DNA from: Isurus oxyrinchus
Taxonomy: Eukaryota
Direction of reading: 5' to 3'
NCBI GenBank assembly: GCA_026770705.1
Contig: JANJGN010000036.1
Location: 2,790,001-2,854,000, forward strand
Length of the DNA stretch: 64,000 nucleotides
Position numbers and translations under genes: made by a program. The notes under the pieces are model-generated. The model worked only from the letters and a program-made list of their open reading frames with translations, did no database searches and was not told the DNA's origin. This document shows, one piece after another, positions 1-11,299 of this stretch. Numbering within the stretch: the stretch's first letter is position 1; each line of letters opens with the position of its first letter.

Positions 1-329
1 TCACCTTCCCATGTTTCTCTACATTCTTTTTTACATGATATAAGGACTGCCATCGTTCACAGTGACATACGTGTGCTCAGGCGAAGTTTTATTATCCGTT
101 TAAAATATATTTTTCTTCTTTTCATGCTTATTGATGTAGACATGTCCACTCTCTGGGCCTCTGATTTTTCTAACCTTATTAACCTGTGGCACCAATTTCA
201 ATGACATTTGTATCTGCACCTCAGAACCCTCTGCTCCTCTATCCAAATTAACTCTGACATCACCCCAGCCCTAAGCCCATCACAAACCCCAATCTTTATC
301 CTTCCTGGCAAAGCGGTCTCCATATAATT

Positions 330-730
330 TTTCAACCAAGTCAAAGAAAGAAATGCGCCGGATAACTATAAACTACTTAGTCTTTCATGCGTGACGGAAA
401 AACACTTAGCATTAATTATTATAAATAGGATTGGTGAGCATTTCTGAATATATGGGTTAGTTATGGAAAGGCAGCACCGATTTGTGAAAGTGTCGTCATG
501 CTGAACTGGACAGTTAAAGAGAAAGCAGTAGATAGAACACGTATGGATTTCGAGCAGGTCTTCATGTGTTTAATTGAAATAATAACGCGTCCAGTGTGAA
601 GGAGGTGTAGGAAGATCGATATAATCATGAATACAGACAGGGAGAAATGAGTATTCCTCATGGTGAGGGATGGTTGGAGGTGTTGCATTCCAGTTTGGTC
701 TTTGGGACAAGTTTGGAACTGATGTAAGAA
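330..730 (+). mobile_element. Old CR1 RT remnant
   Basis: Degenerate P.NY...SL and QH.FVK..SC.T motifs recognisable at the DNA level. Confidence 0.5.
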
Positions 731-904
731 TGTGGAGAGAGAGAGGTAGGTGAAGATATAAAAACTTCGACTTAATTTACCAAATAGTCAGCAGAAACAT
801 GGAGGCCTTCATTGCCTCAGTCTGTGCACGACACTGTGCTGGACATTATTGAATATTTCCAACATTTTATTTTGTTTTAATAAATGTGTCTATGCATTTA
901 TCGT

Positions 905-1260
905 GTGCTACCTGGCTTCTTTATGCTTATCTATCTATCTATCTATATATTTATCCTACTATCTGTGTAACTGTCTATGTATGTATGCATGTATGTATCT
1001 ATCTATCTAACTGTCCGTCCCTCTCTCTATCTACCTATCTATCTATGTGCCTGTCTGCCTGCCTTAATATCTTGCAGTCTACCTATCTAGCTTTCTATCT
1101 GTCTGCCTATCTATTTATCTTGTCTATCTCTCTCCGTCTATACCTCTCTATCTAACTATCTATATAAGTATCTATCTATCCATCTATCTATCTATCTTTC
1201 TATAAAAATATAGCTTTCTTTCTATCTATCCATCTATCTATCTATCCAATCTATCTACCT
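905..1260 (+). repeat. Degenerate (CTAT)n microsatellite
   Basis: Direct inspection. Confidence 0.9.
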
Positions 1261-3438
1261 GTCAACTAAAGAATCCTAATATTGTACAAAAAGCGAAGTG
1301 AAACCCGACCGGAGTTTGGGAACAAAATGCAAAAAGTGCCTCGTACTGAAGGAAGAATATTTGCAATGTGATCAGCTTCTATGCTTGCTAATGCCCATCT
1401 CAAGAGAGTTTCTATTTCCCTTCGCCATGTTACTTTCAATCTGCTGGCAATCCGGTCCGACGCCCGATCAGAGGGAGCTGCCACACAGCCTGTTCACTGT
1501 TTCCTCATTCAGTTTTTTAATAGGATCCTTAGCTATGGAAATATCAACTGTGGGCAAAGTTAGGAATCCCCCGCCATTCCCCAACAATTACAGTGTCTGT
1601 GTATGGGGTGTACACATGTGCTCCACCCACACCCTTAGGGGAGGCCCATGAATCTTTTCGGCTTGGGTCATGCCCTTGGTCCCCCTGATGATTCTTAAAA
1701 CCCAGATCCCATCATTTCAGAGAACATACCCAAAGCGAGTGACGAGCTTCAGCAAATTTACCAACCACAAATTCTACCTTGTCCATTGACCAGAGGTTGT
1801 CCCCATGCTCACAAGTTGCATGTTCAACCATGAGGCTGAGTCAATATTTAAAAGATATGAGTGCTAGTTAAAGTGAAACTGTGTATTTCAGTCCTGACAC
1901 TCCAGGCTTGCTTCGGACAGCCTTTCCGCTCCCATCATGGATAAAGTTCCGATGTGTCCTGCTCATCACTGAACTCAGCGTCCTGCCCTTACCCCTAATC
2001 CATTCACTGGCGACTGACTGCGGCCTCCAAAATGTTGGCTGCTCTTGCCCCTGGATCCCAATTCCCTGATCCGGAATACCCTACCTCGATGCTGAGTTTC
2101 AACAGCGCTCTTCCTACCAAGTGAACCACTTCCTTCTTCCTTAAGTACCATCCATCGCGAACGATAGCGCCTAAATTATTAACAGAACAAAGACAAACCC
2201 CTTCTGCCTTCTGGACAAGTTCCATTGCTTTCCAGTATTCCTGTGAATCGATCCAAGAACTCTTGCCAGTCCCTGACAATCACGTTGTGCATGAACCACT
2301 GACTATCACAGCGGCCTCCCACACATACCAAACCATTAGTGTGCATTCTCTACACCTCTCTCAGGCAATGTGGTGCAACATGCTCCCGCCACATTCCACG
2401 CTCCATCCACTGCACCAGAGCCCCAAACGATGCAAGGAGCCACACCCAAACCGTCTGGGGAATTTCTGGACCTCCATCAGCTCCCAACTCAAAATGCCCA
2501 CATGTCCCGAGTCAATGTCTTTGCCTCTCTTCAGGAGCGCACCGTGCTAGTATTCTTCATTATTTCCCTTCCCAGGGTCAGGCCTGAAGAATGGGATGTC
2601 TCACGGTCATTCTCCGAGAGTGTGCATAAGGCGTCCTGTTCACTGGGTGTTGTAGGGTAGGTGGATTAAATGATCAATTAAGGCTACAGCAAACTAATCA
2701 GCGTAATTTGAAAGAAGAAGGATCTCGCCCAAATAAATAAAGATCTCCCGTTGTTCAAAGTGGGATTATATTTTCAGCTGGTGTAGTAGATTGAAGGACT
2801 GCATCAGTTCCAGTAGCTATTTGAGTATGAAGAAGAGTATAATTTTGTGGGATTTCATTATCTTGAGGAGTTGTATCAGTTTGACAGCTAATTCAGATTA
2901 ACCCTGTGGTTCAAAAACACGAATTCCACAATCCAACATTTGGAATTGACTTACTGAGTGGCTGCAGTGAAATAGGGCAGCCATTTCCCAGAGTACTTGA
3001 CAATCAGGCTTGACAGGGCAAACGTATGTTAGAAATTAAATTGTTGAATAACGACACAGAGTGAAGGGCATTACTGAGACAGTATGAAATGTATCGTTTG
3101 GTCTGATGCTGTTGGACTGAATGCACCATGTCCTTGTGTCCATGGTATCTATTTTCTTTAGTTATTTAGTGATATCGGAATTGACAAGTTTTGGATTTTT
3201 TCCAAAGCAGACACTGTACAAAATATATTCTGTCAAAACAAGGACATGATTTGATGACGTATTAAGTTGGTAGAAATACAAAAAATACACAAACTATTTG
3301 AACAATGATGGTAAGTGAGTGTCCCAGTGGAGATACCGAAGGATCTAAAGTAAAGACTTTGGGAATGTGTTGCTCTCGTGGTTAATTCAGAGACATTGCC
3401 GGCAGCGCTAAGGGACAGATCACTTCACACAACAGCAC

Positions 3439-3502
3439 ATGAACATATTTTACAATTTCAGGAAAACATATAACATGATTCTCACCGTCACTGGTGTTTC
3501 TG
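3439..3502 (+). pseudogene. GPR139-like: Probable first coding exon of another GPR139-like GPCR; no exon 2 found
   Basis: ATG..MNIFYNFRKTYNMILTVTGVS(G)|gtaagt. 64 nt with a perfect phase-1 donor. Size, TM1-start pattern (cf. Y..I...GVP|V) and phase match what the family's exon 2 (TT AAC = V-N) needs. Confidence 0.55.
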
Positions 3503-4241
3503 GTAAGTTACTGCAACCATTGCCGTTGTATGGTGTTTATGGATTTACTCTGTGACTGAAAAAGTTCCACTCTCTTTTAGATTTGATGGTTATCCACACG
3601 AGTCCACTGATATAATTTCAATTATTCAAAACTCCTTAATTATCCCCATGGCTTGATTCCATTGCCTCGCTTGAAAATGAACCTTTGTTTGTAGCTCCCA
3701 GGATCTCTGAGTAGTCCAGTTACTTGCTTCTTTTGAGAATTGTATCATGTTGTATCAACTCTCAGTGCAGACATGGCCCTGAGGGAAACTCGGCGTGGGA
3801 GTCTCAGTCAGTGTGTTTTCACACTGCGTGAGGCCTACTAAATAGAGTGAAGCAAACGACACCAGTGACCAAGGGTAAACGGGAGTGTCTGTTACTGTAG
3901 AGCTGCACGAAGAAACATGAAATCATTGAAAGTCTACAGCACAGAAAGAGGCCACTCGGCCTATCTTGCCTGCGTAGGCCTCAAAACCTGGCGCTCTGGG
4001 AGCCACCTTAGCCTGGGAATTAACTGGATGGTTAGACCTGAATGCGGCTCGTGTCACTGGAGTTATCTGTCAGTGTGGAGTTATGCAGAACAACCTGCGT
4101 GGACTGCGTACACTGGTCCCAGTGTATCATGTCTCATTGGAAGTCTTTATCTGTGAAGAACTTTTTGGAATGCTGGTCTCTAACTGAAGTGGGATGCCTG
4201 ATGCTGATGCCTGTCCATTATTGAGAGTAGAAATTCAGAAT

Positions 4242-4410
4242 GTGCTGGAAATTCTCAACAGGTCGGGAAGCATTTGTAGAGAGAGAAACAATTTTAATGA
4301 TTAGAGTCAAATATTTGATTCAAAAACTCAAATCCGCTTCGCTCTCTGCAATTGCTTCCTGACCTGTTGAGTATTCTTTGCACTGTATATTTTGTTTCAG
4401 ATTTCCAGAA
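4242..4410. mobile_element. Hairpin (inverted-repeat) element of the type common in shark genomes
   Basis: Arms gtgctggaaattctcaacaggtcgggaagcatttgtagagagagaa and ttcgctctctgcaattgcttcctgacctgttgagtattctttgcac are imperfect reverse complements. Confidence 0.7.
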
Positions 4411-5329
4411 TCCATAGTGACTTGTTTCCATTGTTGGGAGCATGCTTCCTTGTAGAGCTTAGCTCAGTTCCGTTCCCTAACGGGAGCCAAACCCCTGACT
4501 CTAGTGACCATTTATTACCGGGCGTGTTTGTGACTGTAGATTGAGAGGTAGGGCGTGTCAGGAAACTGAGCAGAAATCCTGATCCGAATGAGCATGTATT
4601 AGTGGGAGTACTGATCATTGTGAAATTGTACTGAGGTAGGGTTGCTAACAGCACTGGAGGAAACTGACCCCTGTGATGATTTCGCACTGGGAATAATTGT
4701 CATTCTAGCATTGAACTAAGTGTGGGTCTCAACGGACGTGAAGCAAGTTAGTTACATGTTAAATCATTGTTTCAGGAAACTGAATGCCCTGAGTATACGT
4801 TTGTATTTTGTTATTGATTAGAAAGGGGAAGGTTTTCACTGTTGGTTGATATTTGGTAATAAGTTCATCAATTGTAATTTTGCTGCTGTTCTATCCCCTA
4901 ATCAAATGTGCTTTTAACTTTTGACTAACGGGTAAGCAGAAGAAGAACAATGCTACTTTATTTAGTCCCTCTTTAAAATAATGTATAAGCAAAGTAATTC
5001 TAAAGACTGTTGTTGCTTTGGTGCTTATATATCAGGCCACTAGCCCTGGCCCAGTGCAGAAAAGTGAGATAATTTAGGGTCAAGAATGCTTAAGTATATT
5101 TTCTTTCTACCACAGGGTTTAAACTGGGAACTGGTTCTTAATTATTTTAGGTTTGTGACTGATTAGGTTGTTCAAAACCAATTTGTGTATCTGTTTAAGA
5201 GTGTCCACACATGTAACCTGCTCATCATCCGCTTGTAGCTCAGTGAGGTGTGTCCCTCGGAGGAGACACTCCTAGAATGGAGGAACATAGGTTTCATGCT
5301 TTCCCAAGACAGGAAATAGCGAGAGAACA

Positions 5330-5890
5330 GTAAAAGTAACATTGTTAAGCCAATAATAATGCAATAAATAGCACACTACGGCAATAAATATTATGTTCAA
5401 ATATTAGGAAATAACTGATATGTGTTAGAAAGATCCAGTCTCCCGACATTCTAGGTAAAGACGTTTCTCTGGAGTTCACTCTTGTATTCAATAGAGGCTC
5501 TCCTACATTAATTAACTGCACATTCCATCTTTCTACCAAAGGGTAGTATTGTCCTCATATTTTCCCTCTCAATCCCCTTGACATTTTAAAGTTCTCCATT
5601 TGATTATTCCTCAGTTTTCTGTTTTCTAGAGATTAGAGTCACAGCCAGTTACTCGTCCTAACAGTTATCATCTCTCGGATATGATATTCTTCTTGAGAAT
5701 AATATTTGCACGTCTGTAAAGTTTTGGTCTCGATTTCTAAATGTGAAGGCCAAAAATGTAGACAGGACCATTTACATAGTGTTGTTCAGGTTCCATAAAT
5801 GATTAAATATAATCTTTCCGATTTTATTCTTCTTTGCCTATTAATGAACCCCAGTTCTTTGATCGCATCTTCACTGTTTAGTTAGACCTC
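5330..5890 (-). mobile_element. Old CR1 3' remnant
   Basis: The reverse complement resembles CR1 ORF2 C-terminal sequence (LGFINR.. / SLE.RKLR...E.FK..G) and 3'UTR. Confidence 0.5.
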
Positions 5891-6959
5891 ATTTGTGTCT
5901 TGAATCACTTGTGACTCTCTTCCCCTCAAAACCTGTTCCCCGTTGTTTAGTTTATGATTTGTTTGCCTCGTTTTACCTTAAATATCTTCAAATTCGTATT
6001 ATTCATTCTTTCAACTCTTATTTGAGATCAATTGCTCCCTTTCAGGTTTCCCTTCGTTTTCTGCATCTGAATCCTCAGCAACTGTTCATTATTCTTCAAT
6101 TGGCCAAAGAGGGTTCTTGCCTTAGAATTTGAAGTTGCTCTCTGGATGCCCATTGATATTTCGACTCATGCCAGTCCGCCCTCTCTGCACCCAAAGCAAC
6201 AAGCTGCCCTTAAACTGCTATATGGCTGCATCTTTCCTGACCTACAACATTTGTCCTTTACCACAACCAATTTCCCTCGACCATCTCTCATGCTTCCCTT
6301 TTGAGAGTCCCATTTGAAATGTATTATTTTATTTTGGTTCATCTACAACCCACTTTGGAAACCCTTTCCTTATTACTGGCTATGCATTGCTGATGTTTCC
6401 TGCTTCAACCTTTGTTTTTCCAGCATTTTCATGACCTTATCACTCCCACTTCCTTCTTAACCAGACCCAACCGTGTCCATTCTATTTCCAACATTGTTGC
6501 CCTCGCAGTCAAAACCTGCAGAGGGAGCTCTTGTCCAGAGAGATTTCTTTTCCACTCTGTCTTGTGTTCACATCTTCTCTCACTGTCAATAGAAGTTCTT
6601 GCAGATCTTTCCACACAATCAAATGATTCATTCCACAGAAAGAGGGACAGAGAGAGAGAAAATAAATTGATTACAAAATATCAAAAGATTCAGATGAAAT
6701 ATGAATCAACAAGATTCAGCAATCTGCATAACAAGAGCCAAAGCTCCATTTGTAATTTTCATACACCATCTCCCTGTACCTGTCAATTATCATCTCCCAA
6801 TCTACATGTGTGTTCATTTAAACCTAATATTCCCTCAAGTAAATTCTGTTCAATCACGATATATTGTTGTCCATCTCTCAACTAGCATTCATTTCAAAGG
6901 CTTCCAGCATCAGTCAAAATCCTTTGAATCCCTAAATATTTCTTGTCCTTCTCTCAAAG

Positions 6960-7540
6960 TATGTTAATCGAAAACTCTTCTGTTAACATGTAAACGCATG
7001 CAAATCCCTAAATATCTTTCTGCTTCCTCTTCATTCTACCTGCACTGGCCATTAAAAACTCTGAGATATTTGCGTTATTCTAATTCTCTCCTCTTGCGCA
7101 GCCCTTATCTTAACTGCTCAAGGTTACTCCCGTGCCTTTAGCTGCTTTGACACGAAGCTCTAGAATTAGTTTCCCAAACATCTCCGCATCCCTAAATCTC
7201 TTTCCTGTTCTAAGCTGTCCCTTTAATTCTGGCTTTTATCAAGTTTCCAGTCATCTGACCTAATATCAACTTGTGTAGTTCAATGTTAAGCGTTCAATAA
7301 AATTCTGTGAGAAATAATGTTTTTGCAAAGCGCCTAGGAACATTTGAACAGGGGGAAGGCTATTCAGCCCGTCGAGCATGCACCACCAATCAATGCGATC
7401 ACAGCTGATCGAACACTTCAATGCCGTTTACCCACACTATCCCCATAGCGCTTTACATTAAGGTTAATGACAAATCTATCAATCTGAGGGTGTTTTGCTG
7501 CTTTAAACACATTTTACAAATGTAAACTATTGTTACCCTG
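6960..7540 (+). mobile_element. L2-like LINE 3' end interrupted by a - strand CR1 tail (~7345-7486)
   Basis: Degenerate L2 3' sequence (gcctttagctgc..aagctctagaatt..aaagcgcctagg) with an inserted ggctattcagcccgtcgagc...aaatctatcaatct CR1 tail. Confidence 0.5.
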
Positions 7541-7789
7541 ACCGAAGAAATTCTCAAAGTACTGGCACAATATGGAATGCATACAGATTGAACTCAATCT
7601 ATGTTGTACCATCATTTCTCCTCATGGCAGGAACGGAATTATTTACATCAAGATTAAAGCTCCCTTTGCACCTCCCAGTCAAATGGCCCGGGGAAGGAGT
7701 GCGGCGTTAATGCAGAGATGTGCACCCTCAATCATAACCAATGAAAGACTTCTATGAAATGTAAAAGTGCATGTGTTAACTGCAGAGTT

Positions 7790-9340
7790 TAGTTCCTTGT
7801 ACACGGTCACCTCAAAGCTTTCCAGTTAGATACAGCACTGTTAAAACACAGAGAACCTGCTCCACGCTCTCCTATGTAACACTAAATCTCAAAATGTACA
7901 GTGCAGGTTAGATGCATATTAATCATTCTTCTAAACTCTAAGATCGTAAAGCATAACTTAAATACAGATTAATCTTCCCCAGAAATGTCACATCAGCCAT
8001 GGTCTGAGCAAGGGTTCAATTCTGATTTAAACTCCATTTGCATCATCCCATCAAATTATGCAAGAACAGGTGAAGCACAGGTTAGATACAGAGTAAAACT
8101 GCCTCTATACACCGCTTCACTAAACACTCCTATGGAAGGTACAACAGGGGTTGGTTACAGAGTAAATTCCCTCTTTACACTGTTCAGACCAGCACCCCAT
8201 TGACATTTAGCAGGCGTTAGACATAGCTTAGGTACAGAGGCACGTCTGTCCCTTCAAATGCTGCCAGGAATGGTGCGGAACTGGATAGGTGCAGTGTCAT
8301 GCTCCCTCTACACTGGATGACAATTACAAGGGCAAGTAAAGCATGGCTTTGATGCAGTGTATAGTTCACATTTAAATGTCACAACATCAAATCATGGAAG
8401 GTATAGCTTGATGATAAATTGCTTACAAGAGCTTCAGCACTTCCCCATTACATTTTTGGCATGTACAGCTGGGTACACATAGAAGTATAATGCTTTACAC
8501 TATCTCTGAAACATCTCAGGGCAGGCGCAGCACCCCGTAGGCACACAGTAACGTTGTCTCTATTTTGTCCCATCAAACACCCAATTCAGTTACAGAACAG
8601 GTTAGATGCAGAGTAAATTTCATTGGATGCTCTGAGATCAGCTTCGTGAAAAATCAAGCAGCTCTTGGACAGAGAATAAATCTCCTGCTGTACAGTCCCA
8701 ACAAACTAAACCAAGGCGTGCTGATCTAACACAGATGGATAAAGAATAAAACTCACTCAACAATGTCACATAAAACACTCTCAGGACAGGCACAGCAAGA
8801 GGTTAGATACTGACTAAATCTCCCTCAACACTGCCCCCATCACTTCCCCCAGGACAGCTGCAGCACAGGGTTAGATACAGAGTAAAACTCCCCTTGCACT
8901 GTCCTCATCAAACACTCCCAGGGCAGGTATAGGACGGGGTTAGAAGCAGAGCAAATCTCTCTCTACACTGTCCACATCAAACTCTCCCAGGGCATGTAAA
9001 GCAGAGGGTTAGATACTGAGTAATGCTTCCTCTACACTGCCCCCTTCAAACACTTGCAGGGTAGATACAGCATGGGGTTAGATACAGAGCAAAGATCCCT
9101 CTACAATGCTCCATCAAATACTCCCAAGTGGGTACTGTAGCAGTTAAATACAGAGTACATCCTCATCGACAATGCCCCATTGAACATCAATATGCTCGGG
9201 ACCGAACGGTTCAGATAGAGAGACAAGCTCCCTGTGCTCTGTCCCATGAAAAACCCCAGGACAATTACAGCATGCTTGAGACACAGAATAAAGCAACCTC
9301 CATATTGTCCCACCAACATTCACATGAATGGTCAAGAAGA
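7790..9340 (+). repeat. ~69-bp satellite array
   Basis: Unit ggggttagatacagagtaaagctccctctacactgtccccatcaaacactcccaggacaggtacagcac. Strongly decayed at left, near-consensus at 8750-9300. Confidence 0.9.
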
Positions 9341-10220
9341 GCTTCAAGTAGCTTAAGACTCATTCTATAATGCCACATCAAATGATCCTCAATGAAGTAC
9401 CACTCCACAGTCAGCACTGCCTGGTTCTGCGCTCCAGTGCGGTGAGGAGAACTTTGTAACAAACTGTTTCACCAAATAGGTCCAATCCTAGACCCAGGGG
9501 ATGTGTCCAGTCCCTGGTTTTCAAAACAAGTGCTCATGACAGAGTCTTATAGCCCAAAGTGAGATCTTTGCCTGAGATAATTCCAATGTGGTTGGATGAC
9601 TGTGTTTAGTGGACTCGAGTGGGTCTGGAAGCACTTCTGCTTCTGCTATTTCATAAGAAGTGATGCAAAGACACTTGCTATCTCTCCAAAACTGTCCTCA
9701 GCTCTTTTCAACTCCTGCAGTTCTGAGGTGTGGAAATCACAACTGTTCAATGAAAAACCGTAAACTGTGTTAGAATAGAATTTGTCAGCCTTATTAATAT
9801 ATCTGTTCTGCCATATTGCCTCCTGCATGCGGTCCCCTACTTGTCCACTCTCCCTACCGTGTAAAACATTGAAGTGAGGCAGCTGGAGGCAGTTTGAAGA
9901 TGCTTTTGAGATTCCTACTGGGCATTGCACAGAGGGACAATGGCTTGAGTGGGGGTGGAGATCTGGGAATATTATTATGCAGCGCTCTCAGTCTGGTCTC
10001 TGTAACACATCGCATCAGAGAATGCTTGATATGGAATGAGAATTATAAATCTAGCCAATATATAAATGTATTGAAGTCCCTCAGAGTGCCACACACTAAA
10101 TTGAAAGAGAGTGAACTGTATTGCACTTTATGTCAATGTGGGAGCCATGTAATGCACCCTCACAGATTGCTTAAATAAAGCGTATTCTTTGGAAAGCTAG
10201 TTGCAGTTCCCAGCCTTGTC

Positions 10221-10238
10221 GTAAGGAACAATAATGGA

Positions 10239-10288
<50 letters not shown>
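10221..10288 (+). repeat. (TG)n microsatellite (others at ~22170-22300, 28545-28755, 59695-60140)
   Basis: Direct inspection. Confidence 0.95.
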
Positions 10289-10290
<2 letters not shown>

Positions 10291-11299
10291 TGGGTACAGC
10301 CCAAAGAATGCAGGGTCCTCGGGGATGAGCCTGGGCAGAAACCAATGCAGCTCAATCCAGGGCAGCTTGGTGAATGTACATCACAACATTTCCCAGCTGT
10401 CCTGTTCCTCCATCTGATCACAGGGCATCTGCACGTTAATTCTTCACCCCTCCCCCGTCTCCAGCTCCTTGTGTCCAATGTTTTCAGTGTCTAAACTCCT
10501 GCCAGCCCTGATCTCAGATCCCTGTCTTGAAACATGAAGCCTGTTGCAATCTCATTGGCACCGATATGGTTTGAACTAGAAAAAGCTGCATCACTCAGGG
10601 TGTCCAATGGACACAAGAGGCTGTCTGGTCATTAGAAATGTAGTCAGTAACAAACACTATTGGAAGAAAGTGATGAAGTTTGAACCTTATGGAATGTAAT
10701 ATAATCTTTACCTGGTTTAATCCAGTGGGAACAAGTATTGGAAGGAATGTTCCTGAGCTGCTCTCTGCTAAATTTAAATTTGCATCTCTCTCAGCTCCAT
10801 TGTTCGTGAGGTGTGAGGCTGGTGTGGAGGGTGGACTGGGGGAAGGGAAAGACAGACAGAGAGATTGCCCTGGGCTAAACCATTTGCCTGGTGTGTTTCA
10901 CCCCTCCCCGTCAGATTCCTGTTGGGCTGTTCCCCACCGGGGGTAGGTATGTCTCAGGTGTAGAGAGCTGTAAGCCGGTTGGATGGGAGAGATTTGGGCA
11001 GTGTGGTGAGTGTTTGAGAGACAGATATGGGGATATAAAATGCCTGGAGCATCCATTGTTTGTTCTCTCGACCCTGCAGCATTGGGTAAGTAACATTGTC
11101 TGAGGTGAGGTTTGTATATCTGTCTGTCTGTCTGTTGTCTGAACCATGAACCAAGTCCCTGCTCTGGTCTTTTAAACTCCCCAACCAGCCCAAACCCCCA
11201 GGCCCAGTGTCTCTTCCACACCATGGGAGGAGATGGAAGGAGTGTGAGTCATTCAAAGGAAATCAGAACCTGTATATTGGTGAGTATGAAACTCTTTAA

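Noticed and set aside
1266-2740. Possible very old non-LTR (L1/Tx1-like) ORF2 C-terminus (..CSRH..HC....TQTVW..) with AATAAA near 2732
   Set aside because: The motif match is too weak to call without a profile search (Dfam or zf-RVT HMM).
4430-5220. Possible solo LTR
   Set aside because: No clear TG..CA termini with TSD and no second copy in the window.
9646-9930. 94-aa ORF in unique sequence
   Set aside because: No recognisable domain or convincing splice sites.
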